Below are positions 47,767 to 56,924 of a stretch of DNA of 64,000 bases, in pieces. The stretch spans positions 38,771-102,770 of the forward strand of contig CAVPHV010000021.1 of NCBI GenBank assembly GCA_963704825.1, written 5' to 3'. Every line of letters starts with the position of its first letter. Position 1 is the first letter of the stretch. The notes under the pieces are model-generated. The model had not been told where the DNA came from. It made no database searches and saw only the letters and a list, made by a program, of their open reading frames with translations. A program made the position numbers and the translations under genes. Source of the stretch: an uncultured Acidimicrobiia bacterium (GTDB lineage: Bacteria > Actinomycetota > Acidimicrobiia > Spongiisociales > UBA5794).

Positions 47767-49581
47767 TTAGAGGTATCCGGCGGCGGTGGCGCGTCTGTCC
47801 AACTCGGCGATGACCTCGGTCTGGACCTCGGCGAAGAATTCCGGGGTGTTGAAATAGGGCAGCGTGGAGTTGACCATCGGCTCGTGGGCTTCGGCGGGCA
47901 GCACGAAGTCGGCCTTGCCAAAACCGGTGCGGCGCTCGACGGCGTAGCCGCGCAGGAAGGTGCGCATCACGACATCGACCAACTCGTCTTCGGTGATAGC
48001 GAGCCCGGCGGCGATCCCGAGCGCCTCCGCTTCGAGGGCCGGGGTTGCGTTGGCGAACTTGCACAGCCCGGTGATGTCGTCCATCAGATACAGCGGACCG
48101 CGGTTGGTGATGGCGTCGACCCAGTAGTCGACACTGGTCTCGCGTTCGATGACGAACAGGAAGAACGTGCGCATCGACATGTGCCCCCCTGCCAGCGCCC
48201 ACGCAAAGCCGGGGTTGGTCTGGGGCTGATACGCCGGGTACTCGACACCCTTCGAGTGCATGGCATAGCCACCCTCGCCGGTTTGGTCGGCGAGCCGCTT
48301 CACCCCTTGGCCCAGCTCGACGAGTCGCCCGGCGGCGATCTCGTGCATGACGTCGAGGACAGCCCCGACATCGCCGTACCCGATGCCGCCCCCCAGCGAC
48401 CCCTCGTTGCGGCGGTTGTACTCCATGGCGTAGCCGATGGTCACCCCGAGCGAAATGGAGTCCATCCCCAGTTCATCGGATAACTCGATGAAGGTGAGCG
48501 CCGGGTCCGGATCGAAGATCCCCAGGTTGGACGACAGCAGTGTGATCGGCTCGAAGTCGACCTTGGCCCGGAACGCCCCGGCCTCACCCTCCGGGCCTTC
48601 GTCGTAGACGTTCTTGTGACACCTGATGCCGCACAGATAACACCCCTCGGCCTTGACGACATAGGGACCCGCCTCAACGCTGGGGCGCAGCAGCGGGACC
48701 GAGGCGTCGGTTCCGCTCGGGGCGAAGTTGAACTCGGGAAGCGATTGCGCCTCCTGCATCATCTTCATCGTGCGCCACGTGCCGCCACGATCATTGGGGA
48801 GGTCGCGGTAGCGGGCACTCCCCTCTCCGAGGTTGATTTCCTTGTTGATGTCCCTCAGGCCGCGCTCCCGACCCGGGTCTGGCCCGTCGGCGGCGATCGC
48901 CCACAGATTCTTCGAGGCCATCACCCCGCCAAAACCACCGCGGGCGCAGAACCGCGCCTTGGGGTCGCCGCTCTCCAATTGGTTGTCGGTGGTGACGGCG
49001 ATGGCGGCGTAGCGCACCGCCTCGTAATGCTCGGCCGCCGGGCCGGTCACGGCGAAATGGGCATCCGGGTACCGGCCGTGGAGGTCGTGAACCCGGTCGT
49101 TGATCATCCGGCCCGCCAGGTCGCTCGCATCGAGAAACTGGAAGACGGGCCCGTCGGCACCGGGCGAGACGTGCAGCAGTGTTGGGTGGTCGCCGCGGCC
49201 GGTGAAAACCACATCATCGATCCCCAGCCCACGAAGCTTGGTACCGAAGTGCCCACTGCCCGCCGACCACATCAGGCCGGGCGCACCAGACGCGGACACT
49301 TTGAGCGGTGAGTAGCCGTGGAAGAATGTGCGAAGCCCGGTCATCACCCGGGTGCCGCTCAGCAACCCGATGTTCATCATCAGCGGGGCGGCCGGGTCGT
49401 AGGGATCGTCGACCTCGACGTCGGCGAGGTACTTCGTCGCCCGGGCGATCCCACCGAGGGCGTCCTCGAAATCCGCGCAGGCGATCCGCTCGAGCCGAAC
49501 GGTACGGGTCGACAGGTCAACGTGGTATCGATTCGCCGAAAATGCGGTGGCCGGCTCCGGCTCACTCACCTGCACGAGCAC
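47767..49581 (-). CDS. Second, divergent AOR-family oxidoreductase
   Basis: Motifs YSPLK, ARGGFGGVMASKNL, CYLCGIRC, DELGMDSIS, GVKRLA and MHSKGVEYPAY. Confidence 0.85.
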   Translation of the reverse strand: MLVQVSEPEPATAFSANRYHVDLSTRTVRLERIACADFEDALGGIARATKYLADVEVDDPYDPAAPLMMNIGLLSGTRVMTGLRTFFHGYSPLKVSASGAPGLMWSAGSGHFGTKLRGLGIDDVVFTGRGDHPTLLHVSPGADGPVFQFLDASDLAGRMINDRVHDLHGRYPDAHFAVTGPAAEHYEAVRYAAIAVTTDNQLESGDPKARFCARGGFGGVMASKNLWAIAADGPDPGRERGLRDINKEINLGEGSARYRDLPNDRGGTWRTMKMMQEAQSLPEFNFAPSGTDASVPLLRPSVEAGPYVVKAEGCYLCGIRCHKNVYDEGPEGEAGAFRAKVDFEPITLLSSNLGIFDPDPALTFIELSDELGMDSISLGVTIGYAMEYNRRNEGSLGGGIGYGDVGAVLDVMHEIAAGRLVELGQGVKRLADQTGEGGYAMHSKGVEYPAYQPQTNPGFAWALAGGHMSMRTFFLFVIERETSVDYWVDAITNRGPLYLMDDITGLCKFANATPALEAEALGIAAGLAITEDELVDVVMRTFLRGYAVERRTGFGKADFVLPAEAHEPMVNSTLPYFNTPEFFAEVQTEVIAELDRRATAAGYL

Positions 49582-49641
49582 CTCCTCGTTCGTCCGCTGG
49601 ACCCCTGCGGGGCCACGAACGCGAGGCTACACCCGTCGGCG

Positions 49642-50982
49642 TCACCCCAGGCTGTGCTCGGCCACGAACCCGTCGAGGATGCCGACCAAGTCCGGTTTAC
49701 CGATCTCCTGCAGGTCGTAGTAGACCCGGGTGTGTGGCTTGTCGATCTTCACGATGCGGGCCAGGTCGATCGGCGTCCCGATGACGACCGCGTCGCAATC
49801 GACCGCGTTGATCGTGGCCTCCAGATCGGCGAGCTGCTCGTCGCTGTATCCCATGGCGGGCAGGATCGTCCCGATCTCGGGGTAGATCTCGAACGTCTCG
49901 GCCAACTTGCCGACCAAATAGGGCCGGGCGTCGACGAGCTCGGTGGCGCCGTACTTGATGGCAGCGACCACCCCGGCGCCGATCTTCATCCCACCGTGGG
50001 TGAGCGTCGGGCCGTCCTCAATCACCAGCACCCGCTTGCCTTTGACCACCGATGGGTCGTCGAGCCGCAGCGTTGATGCGGCTTCCACCACGGTCGCCGT
50101 CGGATTGACCTTGGCGATGTTGGCGCGAACCGCCTCGATGCCGGCAAGATCGGCCGAATCGATCTTGTTGATGATCGCCACGTCGGCGGTGCGCAGGCTG
50201 ACCTCACCCGGGTAGTAGGACAGCTCATGGCCGGGCCGGTGCGGGTCGGTGACGGTGATGGCGAGATCGGCGGCGTAGAACGAGAAGTCGTTGTTGCCCC
50301 CGTCCCACACGATCACGTCACAGCCGTCGGGATCTGCTTCGGCGGCGCGGACAATCGCCTCGTAGTCGACGCCGGCGTAGATCACGTTGCCGCGCACGAT
50401 GTGCGGCTCGTACTCCTCCATCTCTTCGATGGTGCAGTCCTGCTTCTCGAGGTCGGAAAGCTCTGCGAAGCGCTGTACCTTCTGGGCGACCAGGTCGCCG
50501 TACGGCATGGGGTGGCGAATGGCGACGGGCTTGAGGCCCTTCTCCATCAGGATCTCGATGACGCGCCGAGTGGTCTGACTCTTGCCGCATCCGGTCCGCA
50601 CGGCACAGATCGAGATGACCGGCTTGGTGCTCTTGATCTGCGTGTCGGCCGGACCGAGCAGCGTGAACGACGCCCCGGCGGCCTGAACGATGGCGGCCAC
50701 CGCCATCACCTGGTTGTAGGAGATGTCACTGTAGGAAAACGCACACTCGTCGGCACCGAGGTCGACGATCAGGCGGGGCAGCTCCTCTTCCGCATAGATC
50801 GGAATCCCCTGCGGGTAGAGGGGACCGGCGAGCTCGGCCGGATACGTGCGGCCCTCGATCCCCGGGATTTGTTCGGCAGTGAACGCCACCACTTCAACGC
50901 TGTCGTCGTCGCGGTATCGGGTGTTGAAGTTGTGGAAATCGCGGCCCGCGGCCCCGATGATGATGACCCTGCGCTTCGGCAT
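49642..50982 (-). CDS. COG2403-type P-loop enzyme (cyclic 2,3-diphosphoglycerate synthetase-like / arginine synthetase ArcE-like)
   Basis: Motifs IIGAAGRDFHNFN, AVRTGCGKSQT, RHPMPYGDL, WDGGNND and EDGPTLTHG. Confidence 0.82.
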   Translation of the reverse strand: MPKRRVIIIGAAGRDFHNFNTRYRDDDSVEVVAFTAEQIPGIEGRTYPAELAGPLYPQGIPIYAEEELPRLIVDLGADECAFSYSDISYNQVMAVAAIVQAAGASFTLLGPADTQIKSTKPVISICAVRTGCGKSQTTRRVIEILMEKGLKPVAIRHPMPYGDLVAQKVQRFAELSDLEKQDCTIEEMEEYEPHIVRGNVIYAGVDYEAIVRAAEADPDGCDVIVWDGGNNDFSFYAADLAITVTDPHRPGHELSYYPGEVSLRTADVAIINKIDSADLAGIEAVRANIAKVNPTATVVEAASTLRLDDPSVVKGKRVLVIEDGPTLTHGGMKIGAGVVAAIKYGATELVDARPYLVGKLAETFEIYPEIGTILPAMGYSDEQLADLEATINAVDCDAVVIGTPIDLARIVKIDKPHTRVYYDLQEIGKPDLVGILDGFVAEHSLG

Positions 50983-51027
50983 CTATTTGCTCCTCGTTCT
51001 CTTGTTCTGTGGTGTGGGGTCGGGCGG

Positions 51028-51207
51028 TCAGTGGTTGGTCAGAATCAGTAGCGAGGGATCTGCTTCGGTTCCCGCCGAGAATCCGCGCTCGGGCCAGTCG
51101 CGCACCGTCGCGGGTTCGGCAGCTTGCACCATGGTGCCGTCGGCGCGACCAACGATGACCCGGCGTAGCCGACTCCACTCGTTCCAAGAGTTGACGATCT
51201 TCGCCAC
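51028..51207 (-). pseudogene. Truncated amidinotransferase (glycine amidinotransferase-like N-terminus), 59 aa
   Basis: Not in the ORF track. GAGGGG RBS then GTG. Translates as MAKIVNSWNEWSRLRRVIVGRADGTMVQAAEPATVRDWPERGF, then stops. VNSWNEW..L..VIVG is the amidinotransferase N-terminal signature. Confidence 0.7.
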
Positions 51208-51240
51208 AGCTTGCCCCTCTTCTCGATGCTGTCACCACTC

Positions 51241-51260
51241 TACCTATCGATCGATAGGTA
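51241..51260. promoter_or_regulatory. Palindromic operator TACCTATCGATCGATAGGTA (copy 2), between tetR and the divergent operon
   Basis: Perfect 20-bp palindrome, 41 bp upstream of the tetR ATG and 33 bp upstream of the divergent GTG. Confidence 0.82.
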
Positions 51261-51301
51261 TGCGACATCGACTAGCCTATCAAGTGCTAGGGAAGGATTT
51301 C

Positions 51302-51940
51302 ATGGGAACCGCGCCGACGGATATCGCCGACCTCTCAACCCGCCAGCGAATTCTGCGAGAAGCCTCACTCTTGTTCGCCACCAAGGGCTACCACGGGACC
51401 TCGACCCGCGAGATCGCCGCCGCGGTCGGGATCCAACAGCCCTCGCTCTTTCATCACTTCGAGTCAAAGGACGCGATCATGGCCGACCTGATCGCCTTCG
51501 ATCTCGACGAACCCGTCGCCGTCGCCGAACGCGAGGCAGCGGCGGACGGCTCACCGGCGTTGCGCTTCTACCGCTACCTGGTGTGGGACATCGCATTCCT
51601 CTGCAGCTCCCCCTACAACCTCTCGTCGATCGAAACGGTCCGTACCGACCCGGCCTTTGCCTCTGCCGGGCACCGCTTCCGCCGCATCGCCGAGGCTCGG
51701 GAGTCCATGATCGCCCAGGCCGTCGCAGCGGGAGAGTTCATCGAGATCGACCCAACGTTCGCTCAGCTGGCGATCCTCTGGATGATCACGGGAACCGTGA
51801 CCGAGGTGAGCGGCGAACCGGACGATCGAGCCCGAGAGATTGCCCATCAGCTCGCCTCCTTTGCGTTGCGGGCGCTCTTGAAGAACCCGTCACAACTCGA
51901 GGAGATTCAGGCCATTGCCAGCACCAACGACTCTGAGTAG
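51302..51940 (+). CDS. TetR/AcrR-family transcriptional regulator
   Basis: ATG at 51302. HTH: RQRILREASLLFATKGYHGTSTREIAAAVGIQQPSLFHHFESK. Confidence 0.92.
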   Translation: MGTAPTDIADLSTRQRILREASLLFATKGYHGTSTREIAAAVGIQQPSLFHHFESKDAIMADLIAFDLDEPVAVAEREAAADGSPALRFYRYLVWDIAFLCSSPYNLSSIETVRTDPAFASAGHRFRRIAEARESMIAQAVAAGEFIEIDPTFAQLAILWMITGTVTEVSGEPDDRAREIAHQLASFALRALLKNPSQLEEIQAIASTNDSE

Positions 51941-51944
51941 AATA

Positions 51945-51960
51945 CCTATCGATCGATAGG
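51945..51960. promoter_or_regulatory. Palindromic operator CCTATCGATCGATAGG (copy 3), upstream of the aminotransferase-ald operon
   Basis: Perfect 16-bp palindrome in the 40-bp gap between tetR and the aminotransferase gene. Confidence 0.8.
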
Positions 51961-51980
51961 CAAACGAGAGAGGCTACGCC

Positions 51981-53189
51981 GTGCCGAGCCCATTCCTCCA
52001 TCCCTTCACCCCACCACGCAAGGACAAGTTCCTGACCATCACCGGAGGCAAGGACGCCGTCGTCTGGGACGACGCCGGCAAGGAGTACATCGACGGCATG
52101 GCCTCTCTCTGGTACGTCAACGTCGGCCACGGTCGCGCCGAGATGGCCGACGCCATCGGCGCCCAGGCGAAACAGCTCGCCGCATATCACGCCTTCGACC
52201 CCTTCACCAACGAGCCCGCCGAGGCGGCCGCCGCCAAGATCGCTGAACTCTCCCCGTACGAGGGTGCCCGGGTGTTCTTCGGCACCTCAGGGTCGGAGGC
52301 CGTCGACACCGCGATGAAGCTGGCCCGGATCGCCCAGCGGGAAGCCGGCCACCCGGAGAAGACCATCGTCGTCAGCCGAGAACGTGGCTACCACGGCACC
52401 AACTACGGCGGCACCTCGCTCCAAGGCATCGCCCCCAATCGCGAGGGCTTCGGCCCGCTGGTACCCGGCGTGATGAACGTCATGGCCGAGGACGAGGAGG
52501 AGATGAAGCGGGTCTTTGCCGACCACGGCGACGAGATCGCCGCCGTCATCACCGAGCCGGTCCAGGGTGCCGGCGGGGTGTGGCCTCCCCCACCGGGCTA
52601 CCTCCAGTATCTGCGTGACCTGTGCGACGCCTACGGCGCCTACCTCATCCACGACGAGGTCATCACCGGCTTCGGACGCCTTGGCGCCTGGTTCGGCAGC
52701 CAGTTCTACGGCGTCACACCCGACATGATCACCTTCGCCAAGGCCGTGACCTCGGGTTACGTACCCTTCTCCGGGGTCATCGTCGGACCGGACGTTGTCG
52801 CCCCGCTCGAAGCCAACGATGGCTTCCTGCTGCGCACCGGCTACACCTACTCAGGCCATCCGCTTGGCGCCGTGGCCGCCTTGAAGTCAATCGAGATCCA
52901 GGAGCGCGAGGGCCTGCTCGCCCGCGCCACCGCCATCGGGGCTCGCCTCGAACACCGCCTCGACGACCTCCGCAACGACGGGCTCGTGACCAACGTCCGC
53001 GGCGACGGGGCGGTGTGGGGCGTATCACTCCCCGACGGCGTCGATGCCGTCGCAGCCCGTGACGCTCTGCTCGCCGAGGGCGTGATTGTTCGGCCGCTCC
53101 CTCCCCACCTGTTGATGTGCCCGCCACTGGTCATCAGCGACGACCAGATCGACCGTATGGTGGCGGCCATGCGCAAGGTGCTCTCGTGA
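51981..53189 (+). CDS. Class III PLP-dependent aminotransferase (omega-amine:pyruvate type)
   Basis: Motifs YIDGMASLWYVNVGHGR, SGSEAVDTA, GYHG, EPVQGAGG, DEVITGFGRLG, FAKAVTSGY and TYSGHP. Confidence 0.92.
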   Translation: MPSPFLHPFTPPRKDKFLTITGGKDAVVWDDAGKEYIDGMASLWYVNVGHGRAEMADAIGAQAKQLAAYHAFDPFTNEPAEAAAAKIAELSPYEGARVFFGTSGSEAVDTAMKLARIAQREAGHPEKTIVVSRERGYHGTNYGGTSLQGIAPNREGFGPLVPGVMNVMAEDEEEMKRVFADHGDEIAAVITEPVQGAGGVWPPPPGYLQYLRDLCDAYGAYLIHDEVITGFGRLGAWFGSQFYGVTPDMITFAKAVTSGYVPFSGVIVGPDVVAPLEANDGFLLRTGYTYSGHPLGAVAALKSIEIQEREGLLARATAIGARLEHRLDDLRNDGLVTNVRGDGAVWGVSLPDGVDAVAARDALLAEGVIVRPLPPHLLMCPPLVISDDQIDRMVAAMRKVLS

Positions 53190-53223
53190 AGTATCAAGCC
53201 AATCGAGTTCACGGAGGTGAACG

Positions 53224-54345
53224 ATGATCGTCGGAGCCCCCAAGGAGATCAAGAACGCGGAGCGCCGGGTCGGCCTCACCCCCGGCAGCGTTCGTGAATT
53301 GGTGGCGCACGGTCACGACGTGGTTGTCGAGACAGAAGCCGGTGTCGGCATCATGGCCTCCGACGACGACTATCTCGGCGCCGGGGCGGAGATCGCAGCA
53401 ACGGCCGACGAGGTGTGGGAACGAGCCACGCTCATCGTCAAGGTCAAGGAACCCCAGGCGGTGGAACGCGCCAGACTCCGACCCGACCACGTGCTCTTCA
53501 CGTACCTCCACCTGGCACCGGATCCCGACCAGACCAAGGATCTCGTCGCCAGCGGCGCCACCTGCATCGCGTACGAGACCGTCACCGATGCCGCCGGCGG
53601 CCTCCCCCTCCTCGCCCCGATGTCTCAGGTGGCCGGTCGCATGTCCATCCAGGCGGGGGCCCATTGCCTCGAAGCGCCCCACGGGGGAGCCGGCCTGCTG
53701 CTCGGTGGGGTCCCCGGCGTGCATTCGGCCTCCGTTGTAGTGCTCGGCGGCGGCGTCGTCGGCGAACACGCCATCCAGATGGCGGCCGGTCTCGGCGCCG
53801 ACGTCACCGTGCTCGACAACAACGTCACCGTCCTCGCCACACTGGCGCGGCGGTTCGGTGTTGCCCTCGAGACCGTCTACTCGACCCGCACCTCGGTCGA
53901 GGAGTACGTACTCAACGCAGATCTCGTTGTCGGCGCCGTCCTCGTCAAGGGCGACCGGGCGCCGCGTTTGGTGACGGCCGAGATGGTGCGCCAGATGCGG
54001 CCTGGTTCGGTCCTCGTCGATGTTGCTATCGACCAGGGTGGCTGCTTCGAGACCTCCCGGCCAACGACGCACGAGAAGCCGACGTACATCATCGATGAGG
54101 TCGTCCACTACTGCGTCGCCAACATGCCTGGTGCCGTCCCGAAGACGTCGACATACGCGCTCAACAACGTGACGCTGCCGTTCACGCTGGCGCTGGCCGA
54201 CAAGGGCGCCCGCAAGGCCATGCTCGATGACGTGCACCTGCTGGGCGGCCTCAACGTCTGCAACGGGTTCGTCACCGAAGAGCACGTGGCACGGGCTCTC
54301 GGCTACGACTACGTCGATCCAGCCGTAGCTCTTGCCGACGCCTAG
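53224..54345 (+). CDS. ald: Alanine dehydrogenase
   Basis: Motifs [56 protein letters not shown] and [12 protein letters not shown]. Confidence 0.96.
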   Translation: MIVGAPKEIKNAERRVGLTPGSVRELVAHGHDVVVETEAGVGIMASDDDYLGAGAEIAATADEVWERATLIVKVKEPQAVERARLRPDHVLFTYLHLAPDPDQTKDLVASGATCIAYETVTDAAGGLPLLAPMSQVAGRMSIQAGAHCLEAPHGGAGLLLGGVPGVHSASVVVLGGGVVGEHAIQMAAGLGADVTVLDNNVTVLATLARRFGVALETVYSTRTSVEEYVLNADLVVGAVLVKGDRAPRLVTAEMVRQMRPGSVLVDVAIDQGGCFETSRPTTHEKPTYIIDEVVHYCVANMPGAVPKTSTYALNNVTLPFTLALADKGARKAMLDDVHLLGGLNVCNGFVTEEHVARALGYDYVDPAVALADA

Positions 54346-55337
54346 GAAGACATTCCGGCGGCGCGCTCGGCAAGGCCGTTGAGGATTTCGAGCACGACGC
54401 GGTTGCCGAGCAACGAGGTGATCGCGCCCGGTCCGTCATAGGGCGGAGAGATTTCGACGATGTCGGCGCCAACGATGTTCAACTCGCGGCTCAACCGGCG
54501 CACGGTGTCGAGCAGCTGCCGGGCAGTCAGTCCGCCCGGCTCCGGCGTGCCGGTTCCGGGCGCCATGCCGGGGTCGACGACGTCGATGTCGATGGAGAGA
54601 AACACGCCGGACGCACCCTCCCCGGCGTAGCGGACTGCGTCATCCACCACGGCGGGGAGTCCACGCCGCTCGATTTCGGTCATCAGGTAGGAGCGCATCC
54701 CCTGCTCCTTCATCCACGCCATCGTTTCGGGCCCCGGCCAGTAGCCGCGCAGACCGACCTGGACGAAACGATGGCCGGGCACGGCGCCGGACTCGATCAG
54801 GCGCCGCATCGGCGTGCCGTGACCGTAGAGCGCTCCAATCCCGTGAGTCCTTCCCGTATCGGCGTGGGCATCGAAGTGGACGAGGGCGACCTTGCCGAAC
54901 CCATGAACGCGGGCAACGCCGGTGGCGTCGGCGTAGGTGATGGTGTGATCGCCGCCGAGCACAATCGGGATCGACCCTGAGGCGCTGACCTGCTCAACCG
55001 TGGCGGCGATGCGCTCCAAGTCGCCCTCGATGTCGCCCGGTGAGAGCAGCACATCACCGATGTCGACCACACCTTCGAGGGCGTCAAGACCGGTGGGCAG
55101 GTGGGGGCGTTCCCCGTCGGCGCCGAGAGTGTCGCTCTCCCGAATCGCCTTTGGACCAAAGCGGGCGCCGGGCCGGTTGGTGGTGCCCCAATCGAACGGC
55201 GCCCCGATGATCACGGCGCGGGCACCCTGCAGATCGTCCAGAGTCGCGGCGGGAACGCCGGCAAAGGAACTGGTTGCGCTGAACTGGTTCTGTCGTGCCG
55301 CCTCGAATGGGGTTCCTGCAGCCATCTCACTCTCCAA
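54342..55337 (-). CDS. Ureohydrolase (agmatinase/guanidinobutyrase family)
   Basis: Motifs RPGARFGP, GGDHTIT, HFDAHAD, HGTPM and SIDIDVVDP...GTGTPEPGG. The start may be ATG 55325. Confidence 0.9.
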   Translation of the reverse strand: MESEMAAGTPFEAARQNQFSATSSFAGVPAATLDDLQGARAVIIGAPFDWGTTNRPGARFGPKAIRESDTLGADGERPHLPTGLDALEGVVDIGDVLLSPGDIEGDLERIAATVEQVSASGSIPIVLGGDHTITYADATGVARVHGFGKVALVHFDAHADTGRTHGIGALYGHGTPMRRLIESGAVPGHRFVQVGLRGYWPGPETMAWMKEQGMRSYLMTEIERRGLPAVVDDAVRYAGEGASGVFLSIDIDVVDPGMAPGTGTPEPGGLTARQLLDTVRRLSRELNIVGADIVEISPPYDGPGAITSLLGNRVVLEILNGLAERAAGMSS

Positions 55338-55471
55338 CGGGCCGGCGACTATTCAGGCGATGGTCGGGGCCATGGCCGTCACCTCGGCATGATCGCAGGC
55401 TGGTGCAACTTCGACCACGTCCAGGCTGACCTCTCCGGCCGCGGGGATCATGCCTAGCTACGAGGTTCGGT

Positions 55472-56920
55472 CTAGTGGCGCCAGAGTTCTCGGTTGAACA
55501 GGATGACGATGGGCAGGATCTCGAGACGTCCGACGACCATCAGGGCCGACAAGAGCCACTTGCCGAGACCGGGCACTACGAGGTAGTTCTCGGTCGGGCC
55601 TACAAGACCAAGGCCCGGGCCGACATTGCCGAGTGACGACGCCACCGCTGAGACGGTCGACACGGCATCGAGTTGCGGGCCGAAGATCGATCCGATGATG
55701 GCCAGAAGGAAGGTCCCCGTCATGAAGGCGAACATGTAGAGCAGGAAGAACGTTTGGATGGCCTCGACGATCTGATCGGGCACCGGTGCCTTGCCGACCC
55801 GGGTGACAAAGACACCGCGGGGGTAGATAAGGCGACGAACGTCGACCCGTGACGCCTCGTACAGCACCTCGAGGCGGTAGACCTTCACGGCGCCCGAGGT
55901 TGAGCCCGCCATGCCGCCGACGAACATCATGCCGACGATCATGATCTGCAGCGCCGGCCCCCACAGGCCGAAGTCGGCAGTGCCGTACCCGGTCGTCGTG
56001 ATGATCGAAACCGTCGTGAACACGGCGTCTCGAATGACCTCGGCAACCGCTCCGCCCCAGGTGCCGATGACGATCAAGGCAGAAGCGCCGGCCATGATGA
56101 TCATGTAGAGGCGGAACTCGGCGCTGCGCAGGTAGACCCGAGGATCGCGGCCCGCCCGGTAGTGCAGGGAGAACGAAGCACCGGCGAGCACCATGAAGAT
56201 GATCACGATCCACTGGGCATAGGCCGAGAACGCCCCCATCGACCCGACATTGGTGCTGAAGCCCCCGGTCGACATCGTCGTCAGCGAGTGATTGATCGCT
56301 TCGAAGAGCGTCATGTCGCCGATCCACAGCAGCGCCGTCTCAACGACGGTGAGCAGCAGGTAGACGAGCCACAGGCGCTTGGCCGTCTCCCTGAAGCGAG
56401 GGGTCAGCCGATCGGGCGTCGGCCCCGGGCTCTCCGCCCTCGCCAACTGAACTGCCCCCATCCCCAACAGCGGGAGGATCGCCACCGAAAGCACGATGAT
56501 GCCCATGCCGCCGATCCATTGGGTCAGCGAGCGCCAGAACTGGATGCCGTGCGGCAAGGCCCCAGGGTCGGGGATGATGGATGCACCGGTAGTGGTGAAC
56601 CCCGCGGCCGACTCGAACACGGCGTCGGTTACGTTGCCAATCGAGCCGGTGAACAGATAGGGAAGGGTCCCGAGCAGACACATCGCCGTCCACGCCAGAC
56701 CAACCGTGGCAAAGCCCTCACGGGTGGTCAGCTCGCCGGGGCGGTCGAAGACCCTCCACAGCAGGACTCCGATGACAACGGTGACGGCGGCCGCCACCAG
56801 GATCAATACGGCATCGGACCATTCGCGGTAGATGGAGCTGACCACCACCGCCGAGAGCATCGAGGTGCCGATGGCGGCAACCACGGCCCCGACCACATGG
56901 AGCAGGTGGCGCCACTTCAC
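55472..56920 (-). CDS. trkH: Trk potassium uptake membrane protein
   Basis: Motifs FESAAGFTTTGAS, QWIGGMGII, STGGFS, TTTGYG, GSTSGAVK, GNVGPG and GRLE. Confidence 0.95.
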   Translation of the reverse strand: MKWRHLLHVVGAVVAAIGTSMLSAVVVSSIYREWSDAVLILVAAAVTVVIGVLLWRVFDRPGELTTREGFATVGLAWTAMCLLGTLPYLFTGSIGNVTDAVFESAAGFTTTGASIIPDPGALPHGIQFWRSLTQWIGGMGIIVLSVAILPLLGMGAVQLARAESPGPTPDRLTPRFRETAKRLWLVYLLLTVVETALLWIGDMTLFEAINHSLTTMSTGGFSTNVGSMGAFSAYAQWIVIIFMVLAGASFSLHYRAGRDPRVYLRSAEFRLYMIIMAGASALIVIGTWGGAVAEVIRDAVFTTVSIITTTGYGTADFGLWGPALQIMIVGMMFVGGMAGSTSGAVKVYRLEVLYEASRVDVRRLIYPRGVFVTRVGKAPVPDQIVEAIQTFFLLYMFAFMTGTFLLAIIGSIFGPQLDAVSTVSAVASSLGNVGPGLGLVGPTENYLVVPGLGKWLLSALMVVGRLEILPIVILFNRELWRH

Positions 56921-56924
56921 GAGG

